NCBI GenBank assembly: GCA_022813965.1
Contig: JALDZS010000036.1
Coordinates: forward strand, 1 to 64,000
Length of the DNA stretch: 64,000 bases
DNA from: Toensbergia leucococca
Lineage: Eukaryota
Reading direction: 5' to 3'
Below the pieces are notes generated by a model. It had not been told where the DNA came from, searched no databases, and saw only the letters and a list, made by a program, of their open reading frames with translations. Made by a program: the position numbers and the translations under genes. Shown here one piece after another: positions 12,722-25,547 of the stretch (positions are counted from its first letter, which is position 1; each line of letters starts with the position of its first letter).

Positions 12722-13949
12722 TTTAAAATACTAAATAATTTATTTATATAATTTAAAGTATAAATATAAATCATATTAAATAACTATATTATGCATTGCA
12801 TTAAGTATTCTTAATGTTAATAATTCATCTTTATAATAGCTATTATCACCATATTGCAGTTGACTTTATTATTTTACTATAGTTATTACAGTCACTATAG
12901 TTACTGTTATGATTAGACTCATTAAGTCTTAACATCTGATTTAAGAGCATTAACATACCTTTAGATTATATCAGGTCTAGCACTATTATCTGAGAGTATT
13001 TATATGTTAGATACCTTATTATCTAAATACTTTTCTTTCTTAGTCTTAGTCTTCTTATTAATAGTACTCTTATGACTAGACTCTAAGTCTAATTCTAACA
13101 TTAGACTAAGACTTTATCTATTAGAGAATGTAAAACTTCTGACATTTAGTGCAGACAATGAAAGATATAAAGAGAAGCTGTATAACTAACTTAAATACTA
13201 CTAAATGACTGATTAAGTGATAGAAAGGAGTAAACTAAAAGCTAAGAAATAGAATTATTAGACAGAAGCTTATGTAAGGCAGACAGCTTTGAGTCAGTAA
13301 AATATCTTAAATCACTCATTATAACATAGATTATACAGGTGATAACATTAAATAACTACTGTAAAACACCTTCAAAATGTTCTAATTTATTGTGATAATT
13401 ACAAATTCTGTTCTAACCTCTGATTCATTGCAGTAATTATGTTAATACCTATCTTCTGAGTCATTGTGATGACAAAAGCATTTCTATCTCTAAGTCATGC
13501 TTTGCACGTAATTATGTTCACAGCTACTACAAGAACTCTTATATCTCTAAGTTATGTCTCTGCAGATAATTATGTTTATAATTACTGCATTATCTCACTT
13601 TTAACCTGATATGCACAGAATAGCAAACTCTTTAAGACCTCATCTGAATCATACTCTGCAGGTGACTTTAGTAATAATATCACTGCAATATCTCTTATAG
13701 TTTAACAAATAACATGCTGAATAACAATCAGACAGATGTGTTATATGACAAACATAATTTAATCTTCTATCTATAAACTAATGATAAATCTTTTAATGCA
13801 TTACAATTTTGATTTTTTACCTCCTTTACTAACTTTTATTTTGATAGAGTTTAGAGAAGAACTATAAAGTACAGTCAGTAAGCTATAAACATAAGGGCAA
13901 GAATATAAAGAAGATAAAGTAATGAAATTACACACAAAGTTAAATAAAT

Positions 13950-15204
13950 TTCTGTTACTTAAATTGAACACTTTAAGAATTTATCAGTCACAATTCTGAG
14001 CTTTAGCATTGCTTCTGAATAATCTGAAGATAAGACAAAGCTTTGATATAAAAAGTGACATAATTTTCTGATGATTTATATAAAGACAATAAACAATGGA
14101 ATTTTAAAGCTACTAAATCAATCTTTTATAAAGAAATTGTGATAAATCTATCTACTAAATTGGAATAAATCCCTAACACTTAAATTAAATACTTTAAGGA
14201 TTTATTAGTCATGATTCTAAACTCTCAAATTGCATAGAGATAAAATCCCTGAATTGCCTTTTAAATTGCATGATTCGTTAGTAATTTGAGCAAAAGCATG
14301 CAATTTTAAGCTATTAGGCTGATCTTTTGTGAAGATAGTGTGATAAATTTATCAATCAAATTTAAGAAGTCTTTAAGTATAAAAACAAGACTTTTGAGTA
14401 GAATTTCAAGCTCTTGAATTGCCTTTAGATTACATAAAAATAAGGCAAGGTTTTTGCAGACAGAATGACATGATTTTCTAGTGATTCACACACATACAAA
14501 ATTATACAATTTAGAAGCATAAAAATTAAGTCTATTTCTAACTGAAAAATAAGGTGAATCTTTAATATTTAAGACCCTTTTTTAGTCACATGTTATATCC
14601 TTTATCAGTTAACTATCTTAGCAGTTACCTACCTCACTCATTAGATACCTTGCCAGACAAAGGTATAAGGAAAAGAGTTAGAATAAGAGCTATAATTCTG
14701 AGAATAAGAACTCAGAGAATAAACCTACAAGAATAGCTGAGGGCCTCAGTAATAGAGTTATCACTTATATAAAGAGAGAAGTAACTTACTGAAATAACAT
14801 ACAAAATTAAATGAATTTCTGACACTAAAATTGAAAATTTTATGAATTTATTAGTTTCAATTTTAAGCTTTTAACCTGCACAGAGATGAAGAGATTAAAT
14901 GACTTACTAAATTATATAATTTCTTAGTAATTTATATACTAAACAAGATTATATGAGGTGAAGCTACTAGTAAAGATAATGTAATAAATCTACCTATCAG
15001 ATTTAATAAATCTCTAAGTATAAAAATTATAAATTTTAAGTATGATTCCAAGCTTCTGCATTGTCTATAAATAATATAAAGATAAGGCAAGACTTTGACA
15101 TAAAAAATGACATAATTCTTTAGTAATTTATATGCTAGCAAAATTATGCAATTTAGAAGCATGAAAATTAAGTCTATTAACTTTTTTGAAGATTTGTGAC
15201 TGAT
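13950..15204. repeat. Degenerate array of imperfect sub-repeats, probably a subterminal region of a DNA transposon
   Basis: Motif AAGGCAAG..TTTG..A.A.AA.TGACAT.ATT.T recurs at ~14032, ~14442 and ~15084; motif AAATT.AA.A.TTTA.GAATTTAT.AGT recurs at ~13960, ~14182 and ~14828. Confidence 0.6.
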
Positions 15205-18200
15205 TGTTACAGTTAGATCTAGAGTCTAGTTATAGAGATGCACTAAAGATAAATATTTAAAAGTACAGAAGGGAAATGCTATATAAGTATTTGACAGAGT
15301 GTTATTAGATAATAGTCATGACATTTAACAACTCTGCATGTTAACTTTTAATTTCTGTATTAATCTTAATCTGCATGTAAGTTAGAATACTAGAGTAAAC
15401 TGTAATATTACCTCTCTCTGCAAGTAAGCAATGCCCTTATTGCTTGTAAAGAATAAAAGATAAGAAATAAAAAAATAAAAAGAAACCACTTTTGTTGTGC
15501 TGAGAAAATTATCATGTTTCTGTCTGTATCATATCAGAAGTTTCAGATTTGTATGAGAAAATTGACACACGCATACAAAAATATGCTTTCTAAAATTTTT
15601 TTCTGCAGTTCAGTGTATGTAAGCGCCTAACAGTCTAACAGATACTTAGTGAGTATATAAAAGAGAGTAATTTATCTATCTATCTTAATATCTACTAACT
15701 CAGCTTATAGAGATAAGTATTAGAGCTATCAGTTAACTTTTTAGCTAAAATTCTGAGACACTTCTCTTAAGACACTTAATAACAGCAGACTAAACTTCTA
15801 AGTCAGTTTAATTAAAGTCTTTAATGAGAACTTAACTGCGCTGCTTAATCAAGTTTTAGATAAGTTTTAGATGACTTTTAAATATTAAAGAACTGTTCTT
15901 AATAATGATGCAGATAAGGTTCAGACTTATTCAAGTACTGAGTGTGAAATGCATTAATAAGCTCTTAAGAGTGCTTAAACTTATTGTCATTTATGTTATA
16001 TCAAATATTATCTTAGAGATAATTGTGTTATTTAACTCTGTATTGAAGACAGTGATTGATATTAATATAGTAAGAGTCTATGATCTCATCTATTACTCAT
16101 TTATTTTGATTATCAACTATTACAGATCTAAGAGAAGTGTTGATCTGCTCAGAAAGAGAGTTTATAACAGCAGTCTGAAGATGCATAACATAAAATACTG
16201 AGTGTATCTTTATGAAGACTGAGAGTTCTAGTCAGTAAATGATCTCAATCTTCTGCAGAATTTTGTATAAATTTATGTTCTTGTTATTAAACTTAAGACA
16301 CAGTCTCTTAATCTTAATGTTATAACAGTCAAAAAAGACTTTCTAACTTATCTCACAGATAACATCTTTGTAGTGATAATTAGCATTGTTAATTATAATA
16401 GTTTAAGCTTATTTAAGTTGTTTCTTTATATATGTCAGACCTTCTTTTATAGTTTTAGTAATGTCTTCTACTCAGTGAGCAAGAAGACACTCTTAAATAC
16501 TTTTATAAGTAAAGATATCTAAGCTAAAATTCATCTGAGAATAAAAGCCTTTATTGACAAAGAAGAGAGACATTCTAATAGCAGAGAAAACATTATTATT
16601 GTCTGTGAATTTTCTTATAAGTAAGTGCTTGACTTAGTTATTCTAATAATAATTACAGTAGAGTCAGAGATAAGACTTTATGTCTTGATTTACGCACTCA
16701 GATTGCTCATCAGTCTGTGAGTAAAAGATGATGCTTAGATTAATACTAATGAATAGACACTTGCATAAGATCTTTCATATAATAAACACAAACTAAGACT
16801 TATAGTCTAAAACAATAGAGATTAGCATCTCATGCAGCTGAAAGACATTCTGAATCATTATCTTTACAGTTTGCTTTACAGAGATATTATTATTGTTAGT
16901 AGAGCAGAATACATAATAATGTTTCTTGCTGAGATGATTAATAATAATAAGAATAATATTCTTATCTTTAGACTTTAGAAGATCAGTAATAAAATTCATA
17001 ACAATGTTCTCTCAGTGTTGAATAAGAATAGATAATGACTGCAGTAGCTTATTAAGCTTCTCTTTAAAGATTTTTGCTCAGTAACAGTTATAACAGTTTT
17101 AGCAGTAACATTTAACTAAGGCTCACAGTCTGAGTTAGAAATAATATCATTGTAAAAGAACTTTAGTGTGAGTAATATCTGAATAACTGCTGACTAAAGA
17201 GTTATAAATCCTCTGAAGAATCTTAAGCCTTAATTAATTATCTGTCAGAACTCACACCTTGTCTTTGCAGTAAAGAACATCATTCTTCAGAGAATATACT
17301 CACAGACTGATATTCTTATAGTGAGTCTTATCTTTTATTTAGACTCTTTTAGCTATCAGACACTCTGAGTCAGTCTTGCTAACCTCTGCAGCTTATTTAA
17401 ACAGAGAGAATAAGAGATCTTTTGAGTTATTCTTTAAGTCAGTCTTTAGAACATGATTCTCTGTAAGATTATTGATAGCGTTGAAAATATTTTTTTCTTT
17501 CAGATTAATAAATTTAAGAGTGATAAGGGTTAGCTTTATTAAAGAAGCCTTTAATTAGTTGGTTATCAATAGAGTCTGATATTAATGCATCTTTTAAGAA
17601 TCTTTATTATTCAGAGATAAAGAGCTAATCAGTCTGCTCAAAGCATATGTCTTTGCATTCTGTGAGTCTGTTTAATACTAAATTTTAAAGTTAAACTCAG
17701 AGAGCTTTTTAGCTCAATGAGTCTGCCTTTAAATTAGTTTCTTACTTTTTATAAAGTAAATTAAAGCTTTATAATCAGTGAAGATCTTAATAGAGATTTT
17801 AATGCTCTTTAAATCTAATCATCAATTTTTAAGACAATAAATAATGATTAGTAACTTCTTGTTATAGATCTTATAATTGCATTTTATAGATATAAGATTT
17901 TTATTAAAGAACATTACTGAGTGCAGCAGATTATTATTCTCATACTGAGATAAAACACCTTTACTGACATCATCTAAGAAGTCACATTTCAGAATAATTA
18001 TCTGAGTGTAATTAAAATGTGTGAGTACTGATAATTTTATCACAGTTTTTTTGAGAAGTTCAAAGACTTTCTAACAGACATCAGTTCAGTCAAATTATTT
18101 ATTCTTGTTACTCAGCCGAGTCAGTGAGTGAGCAGTTTTATTAAAGTTCTTTATAAATCATTGAAAGAAGTTATAGAAGTCAATAAAAGACTGCACTTTT

Positions 18201-21200
18201 TTGAGACACTGAGAAGCATTTTAGTTAATTATTACCTTAATCTTCTGAGGGTTTATTCTTAGCTTATTAATAAAGATTAGTAAGTTTAAAAAGATAGTCT
18301 CTGTAATAAAGAACTCACTCTTTTTGATGTTAATTTGCAGACTGATAGTCTGAAGCTTCTCAAGAATATTTTTAACATGCTTTATATATTCTTGCTGAGT
18401 CTTACTATAGATAAGAATGTCATCTAAATATGTCTAAGCATAATCATTGAGACATTTAAACAGAGTGTCATTAATGTAATGCTAAAATGATGTCAATTCA
18501 TTAATTATATTAAAAGAAAGAATATAATATTTGTAGATTTTTCATAGATGTGTAGAAGATAGTTAGTTTCTAACTGTCTGAGTGCATTCATAGCTTGTTA
18601 AAGACTGCAATAATGTTAAACTTAGTGATAAACTTGCAGTCAGCTATTCAAGTCAAAGTCTTATTAATTAATAATAAAGAGTATTAATTCTGATAGATAA
18701 GAGCATTAAGGCATTAGTAACTTACACAGAAGCATAGACTGTCATTTGATTTGACTACAAACAGAATAAGAGATGCAAAGAATGTCTTACTTAAAACAAT
18801 AAATCTTTTGTCTAAGTTTTTAGACAAGTACTCTTTAATCTTCTGAAGTTTTTTCTTAGACATAAAGTACAGCTGACTCTTAGATAGTAAATTCTGACTC
18901 TTTAACTTTATCTTATAATTATAGAAGTGTCTAAGAGGCAGAACTTTACATGCTTACTTATTAAAAATGTCTGCATAATCATAATATTTTAAGGGCAGTT
19001 TGATCATTAATTTCACAGTGTTTACTGAGCTTATTTTACTTAGAAAGATGACTTTTAATAAGAAAGAATCCTCAGTCACTTTCTGCGCTTGTAGCTTCTT
19101 AATATTTATAATAATAATGAAAAACACATGATTTTGTGAGTTCTTCATTAGCAAATAAAATGAGATGACATTAACTTCATAAATGTTTACTGAGATAAGT
19201 ATTTGATAACTCTTAGATTATAATCAGACTGAGACAGCAGCTTTTATCTATGTCAGATTGATTATAGTGTTTATTGTTTGATAAGCAATCTCAGTTTTTA
19301 CTTAGGGACTGTTGTATGATATCTCTGAGAATAAAAACTTTCAGACATCTAAAAGAGTGCATAAAGATGTCTCATTTCTCTGAGAGAAGTTTGAGTTTTA
19401 TTAGAAGTATTGTCAACTAGATTACTGTAAAGAGAAAAGATATAAGAGAAAAGACTTGTCTGAAGATAGCTTAACTAAAGAGAGTTTAACTAAATATGCT
19501 GAAGCTTTAGAGAGTGTAGTGATGCATCAGTGACTTAAGAATAGATTGACTTTAAATATATTCTCAACTGTAAAAATCATTAAAAACGCTTCAGAATGAT
19601 TATACCTTTTAGATAAGAAATGCAGCTTATCAGCACTCATGTTCAGCAATACTCTGTAATGATTCATTCAGATTTTCTCTAAAATAATATTATGTTAATC
19701 TAATATGATGATTAACAATAAGCAGAAAAGTTTAGAATAATCAGTCATCTATAGATCTATCAGAATCTGATGTGTAATAGATGTGCTGTGTTTCTTATTA
19801 AACCCTCAGATGAGTTTAGACTTGATTAATAAAATAGGTGAAATAGAAAAGAGTTTACAAAGGGAATGCACAGCAATAGAATCAATAAAAGCATAGTCAT
19901 AAGCATCAGTGTCAATTAAAGCTTATATTTTATAACTAATATTAATTACAAACAGAGTGCATGCTATGAGAAAAGGCTTGATTGCATAAGGATTCTAATT
20001 AGAATTTAAAAAAACAATTGATAACTTCTCTTTATTACATCTTTAATGAAGGGCTTTAATTTTTTGCCTTTAGAGTCTCTTTAATGTTCTTTTCTATCTC
20101 TTTTTCATCTTTATTCTTATTAATGTTTGAGATCTCTTAAATGTGATCTTCAGAACTGACTTTCTTAGACTCTGTGCAGTTCTGAGCAAAGTGACTGAGC
20201 TTGCCGCAGTTATAGCAGGTTTTAGAGATGCGCAGAAAGTCTTTCACATCTGTGAGCACTATCTAAAAGAGTCTTCTTTAAGGGAAGGTAAGAGTACAGA
20301 CAGTCACAGACTTGCTAATTAAGATGATTACTAACTTCTCTAAGTAAGCGCTGCAGATTATCAAGATCTAAGAGATGAGAGTAAAGACCTTGTAGATGAG
20401 TTTTACAGAGAAAAGGTAGATGACTTCATGCAATATTCAGTTGTATCTCTGTTTTTTATCTACCTTTTGCAAGTAGCTCTATAGTTTAGAGAGGCTGATA
20501 AAGTCATAGAAGATAGTAGCTAGGACTGCTTGTAACTAAGGGTTAACTTTCTTCTCTAGATAGATAATAAGAGTAGTCTTATTAATGTTTAGTGATAAGG
20601 TTAAAAGAAGAAAGGTTGCATAGAACTGATAAAAAGACTTATTGTTTATCTGCTGCAGTTTATTAAAATTCTGACAGACGTTTTAAACCTTGTTAAGATT
20701 CTCATAAATAGTTATTAAATATTTAATAATATCTGTTGCAGACAAGAAAGAATTAATAACAGTAAACAGAGACCTAGGTAGGCAATAATTAAGAGTGTTA
20801 CCCTTAAGAGAACAGATGACTAAAGTCTTCTGTTTCTATGTAATAGAATATCAGTCTTTGTTATTAGTTAGCTTAAGTTTTATCTGCAGCTGTTGTGTCT
20901 TAAAGGTAAGACTCTTCTTATCAGATAGCTTCTCTAAATCTAAAATCTTTTCAGAAAGGTAAGAAGCACAAAAAAGGAGATCATTAAAGTCTGAAGGTAA
21001 ATTCAGTAATAGCATTCACAGTTATTTCTTAGTTAAGGTGATAAATAGCTTTAGTTTAAGCTGACAGATCTCAGCTTAACATTTCTTCACCTCTGTAATC
21101 TTTTTATCAAGCTTAATCTGCATTTTAAGTATATTATCTAAAGAAGTCTCTATCTCTTTATCTTTAAGGTTAGAATAATTGAGGTCTTTTATCTGCTGTG

Positions 21201-22056
21201 CAAGATAATCTCATTGCTATTAAGCTTTAGTCACCTTTTCTGTTATGAGAAAAAGTTTATCTTCTTGTTTTCTAAGGCATCAGAGGTAATCTCAGCAGGC
21301 TTGTGACTGCTGATTTAAAAAATCTCATAGTTGTGTAGAAGTAAAGATATCTTTTAGGTTCAATACTGCTGAATCTTTATCTTTATTGCCTTCAAAAGAT
21401 GACTCTGTGAGTAATGCATTAGATAAGAGAAGGATAGAGTAAAGTTAAGATTTAAGCTATGCAGAACATTTAGAGGAAGACTAACTGCTAAAAGCCTCTG
21501 CTTTAAAAGAATTGTTTATAATTAAGAAGAGATAGAGAGACAATCATGCAAGAGTAAAAGAGTTAAAGGGTATTAAGAAGGTTTGTTGAGATAGAAGGTA
21601 AACATTTGTTGTAATAATGCTTAAGGTGTTAAACAGTATTAAGATGTTATTATTTATTGTTTGTTATTGTGTTCTATGTGTAGGACGTGACATGTAGTAT
21701 GTTAAAAGCCTTGATAAAAAAGTGTTTAAGAATAGTTTTGTTACACTTGTATAAAAATAAGGTGAGATGAGAATTTCTAAGATTATCAGATTTCTATAAA
21801 GACAAGCTAATAAAACATTTGATATAGACCTTTAATGTAATGTTATAATTAGGTCTAGAGTCTAGTTATAGAGATACTATTAAATAGAACACTAAAGGTA
21901 AAGATCTAAAAGTACAGAAGAGAAATGCTGTATAAGTATTCAGCAGGATGTTACTGAGTAACAGCTGTAACATTTAATAACTTTATATGTTAACTTCTAG
22001 CTTTTGTATTAACCTTAGTCTGTGTGTAAGCTAGGATGTTAGAGTAAACTATAATA
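15205..22056 (-). mobile_element. Full-length, RIP-inactivated Gypsy chromovirus, copy B (same family as copy A)
   Basis: LTRs at 15205-15407 (13-bp deletion) and 21841-22056; collinear with copy A throughout; intact knuckle TCYNCGKLSHFAQNC at ~20175-20220; 5-bp TSD CTGAT/TTGAT differing by one C>T. Confidence 0.95.
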
Positions 22057-22218
22057 TTGATCTTAATTAAGAATCTCTCTAATAAGAGTCTGAAGCAAAT
22101 AAATTAAAAAAGTGATATAGTCAGATTTAGTTTCTAAGTACTAACTTTATACTTAATGTAACTTCTTTGTACACAATAGTATAAAAACAAAAACAAAACA
22201 ATATTAAATATAATGTTA

Positions 22219-22969
22219 GGGTTTTATTATTCTGAAATCTTATTTTAATAATCTCACACCTTTATTTTAATATTTTAATACTCTCTCTATCACTACTTAA
22301 TTAGATAATAATTAGATCTGATTAAACATAGTTATCACTAAGCGCAATATTAAGTAGATATTTCTTGATTAAAACATTATAATTGTGCATCACATTTTAA
22401 CACAATTTATCATCTACATTGCTCAGTTCTATACTTGTCAGAAGTAGTACATTATTTATAAAAGAACAGATAGAATAAAAAATAATAAGGTAAGAATAAA
22501 ATGTGTCAGCATTGCACTCAGATAAAGAACTCAGTAAAAATAAGTGTGAAGTTATAATAATTCTCTCTATGTTACTACTTCTGAATAAAATATAATTAAG
22601 TGAGTAAATAACATGCAATGAAAGCAGAGAATTGTGTTAAATTGTGATGCAAAATCATGATGTTTCTTTAAATGACATTGCGCTCATAAGTGAGTAAGAG
22701 TAAAACATCAAGTCAAATTGTAATATTTTATAGAGTAAATAATTATGATATTTGTCTCAATAATTATGCTTTTTAATGACATGAAATTGAAGAGGTAGTT
22801 TACACACAAAAGAATTGAAGAATTGACTTAAAATGTGATGTAAAATCATAATGTTTCTCTATATGCTTCTGAGTTCTATTGCTTGATTAAGTAGTGATAG
22901 AGAAGGGTGTTAGAATATTAAAATAAGGGTGTGAGATTATTGAAATAAGGTGTCAGAATAATAAAACCC
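22219..22969. mobile_element. Non-autonomous TIR element (~750 bp) with ~85-90-bp TIRs and an 8-bp flanking direct repeat
   Basis: GGGTTTTATTATTCTGA...CACTACTTAAT (22219-~22301) is the near reverse complement of ~22886-22969; TAATGTTA flanks both ends (22211-22218 and 22970-22977). Confidence 0.8.
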
Positions 22970-22993
22970 TAATGTTATTCATTTCAGTGCTAT

Positions 22994-23375
22994 CTCTTCA
23001 AATGTTTTATCTGCAGCTATTCAGAGAAGTAAGATATGATGTCATTGATTGATAGAAATAAGAATAACCCCGCGTTTTAGTGAGACATCAAGCACAAGTT
23101 GCCTTAAATGCATCAGTACATTTTACATTTAAGGTATTATTTTGATTAATTAATTGGTTACTCTGCGTGGGTAAGTGTTACCCCCCTGAATGGCTGCAGG
23201 TAAAACATTTGAAGGGATACAGGCAGCCATTTAGGGGGGTAAGATGTGATGTCCCTGATTGGCAGAACTTAGGATAACCCCGTGTTTTGGTGGGACATTG
23301 AGCACAAATGCGACCGTACATTTCATAATTATTCTAAGATATGATGCTGATGGTATGATTGGTCACCCTGCTTGA
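22994..23375. repeat. Nested direct (period ~210 bp) and inverted repeats at the AT/GC boundary
   Basis: 23030-23098 resembles 23240-23308; 22994-23032 is an inverted copy of 23178-23216. Confidence 0.75.
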
Positions 23376-23591
23376 GCACTAACTCCTAAGGTGACACTAA
23401 GAGATGGCTGCCCGTATAACACTGAAAGGGATAAAGCCTTCTGATAGTCAGAAAAGGCATTAAGCTGATGAGCAGTCTTTACCCTGATTCAGCCCCTAGA
23501 ATATGTTATTCTATCATGACACATAGGGTTAACGTTAATTGTTAATTATTGCTCACCCTAGGCATAGGGGCTTCTTCTATTGTTCAAAATC

Positions 23592-25547
23592 ATGTACCAA
23601 GCAAGAAAGCTTTACTCAAAGTTTCGTAGTTCTTCTGTTACTGACAAGGCTCAGCAAGGTTAGAAATCTCACTTTATTACCTTAATTTTCCCCTAATCTT
23701 AGCAGGAAAACAGACTCCGACCGCTGAAAATGTCACTATGCTAGAAGCCTTTGAATGGTATGTGCCTGCCGATCGAAAACACTGGCAACGTCTTTGCTCG
23801 GCAGTCGCAGGCCTGAAAGAGACGGGCATTGACAACATATGGATCCCGCCTGGGTGCAAGGCCTTCAATGCGGATGGGAACGGCTATGACATATATGACC
23901 TTTGGGATCTAGGAGAATTTAATCAGAAGGGAACTCGATCAACTAAATGGGGAAATAAAGAAGACCTGGTGCTGTTAATAATGAGGGCAGAGGAGGTGGG
24001 AATAGGAGTTTACTGGGATGCAGTACTCAACCACAAAGCGGGAGCGGACTATACTGAGAAGTGCCTAGCTGTTGAAGTCAATCCAAATGGTCTGAAAAAC
24101 CTCGATTCAACCTCTGCAATTGCTCATTGCCACACGTAGATCGGACCAAGGAGATCACCAAACCTCGAGAGCTTGAAAGCTGGCTTGGTTTCACTTTTCA
24201 AGGTCGAGGAGATACTTACAGTGCATTGAAATACCGCTGGTATCACTTCAGCGGAATAGATTGGGATGCTGCAAACAAGAGAAATGCAATTTTTAAGATC
24301 GTGGAGAATGGAAAGGATTGGTCGCGATCTGTGACCAACGAGTTGGGGAACTACGATTACCTCATGTTTGCAGACGTTGATTTTACCCACCCTGAAGTTA
24401 GAAACGACGTGAAGATGTGGGGCGAGTGGATTGTGAAGGGGATGAATTTGAGTGGCATTCGGTTAGATGGTATTTGTTGACCCATTGGATCGACATCTAG
24501 TCTCGAGGCTCAATCATATAGCCGTTAAACATTACTCGGAAGACTTTCAGAGGGAGTTCATCGAGCATCTTCACCGAACAGTGGGAGGCAGGTTGTTCTT
24601 TGTTAGCGAGGTGAGATCTCCAATGGAGCATAAGACGTCTTGTCGGCGCAGATTGAGTAACCGCGATAATGCAGTACTGGAAAGACTCGCTGGAGGAATT
24701 GACCGCCTACCTCAGACGAATGAACTTCAAGCTCTCCCTCTTCGACGTACCCCTCGTCTCCAATCTTTCACGGATATCAAGGGCCAGAGATGGAGACCTA
24801 AGGAAGGTCTTCCACAATACGTTGGTCAAATACCAGCCGAAGAATGCCGTGGTACGCTCAATAGTCACTTTCAGCAAATGTTGAATTTGATAGGTATGCT
24901 GACGTTCGCAGACTTTTGTGATGTTAGTGTTTCCTATCATTCAAGGGGCTCCATCAGCTTATTTCACAGGAATCATGATACTCAACCTCGCCAATCCCTC
25001 GAAAAACCGATCGATGCATTCTTCAAACCCCTAGCATATGCGTTGATTCTTCTCCGGTCAGAGGGTTATCCATGCGTATTTTATGGCGATCTCTACGGCA
25101 TCAAAGGCCCTCATCCAGAGGAGCCATCGTGTCGATTCAAGCTACCTGAACTCTGCCTAGCCCGTAAACTATACGCGTACGGCGAGCAGCGTGACTACTT
25201 CGATTCCCCCCACTGTATTGGCTGGACTCGCTTGGGTACGTGGGATAGGCCATACGGTCTTGCTTGTTTGATGAGTAATGGGAGGCCAAACGGGAAGAGA
25301 ATGTATGTGGGGGAAGCCCGCAGAGGTGAGGTATGGACGGATGTTTTGGGTTGGGAGCCCAGGGGAGTGGAAATTGATACGTATGGCTATGGCATGTTTA
25401 CTTGTCAGGGAAACTGGGTCGCGGTATATGTGAATAGAAGGGCAGAGGGAAGAGAGAGGTTCGGAAAGTTGTGAGTAGGCTGACTTTGCTGCGCGCAAAA
25501 GCTGTTGATATACTGACATTTGTAGTGATGCTCATATCTATAGATAG
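23592..25547 (+). CDS. Intracellular alpha-amylase, GH13 subfamily 5 (Amy1-like), multi-exon
   Basis: MLEAFEWY, GNGYDIYDLWDLGEFNQKG, DAVLNHK, NYDYLMFAD, GIRLD|AVKH, VSE|YW, TFVM|NHDTQP and GYPCVFYGD; no signal peptide; the first intron 23659-23705 keeps the frame. Confidence 0.92.

Noticed and set aside
13950..15204. CRISPR-like array
   Set aside because: Eukaryotic context with irregular, degenerate repeats and no constant repeat-spacer period.
1159..22618. Short ORFs listed in the AT-rich block as host genes
   Set aside because: They are stop-bounded pieces or antisense shadows of degraded gag/pol, or AT-rich noise.
22964..22975. AACCCTAATGT as a telomerase template or telomere seed
   Set aside because: It is the end of a TIR plus its flanking repeat in degenerate DNA, with no tandem TTAGGG array. 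It shows that the motif alone can arise by chance.
23592..25547. Recent horizontal transfer of a bacterial-type amylase
   Set aside because: GH13_5 is widespread in fungi and this gene has many spliceosomal introns.
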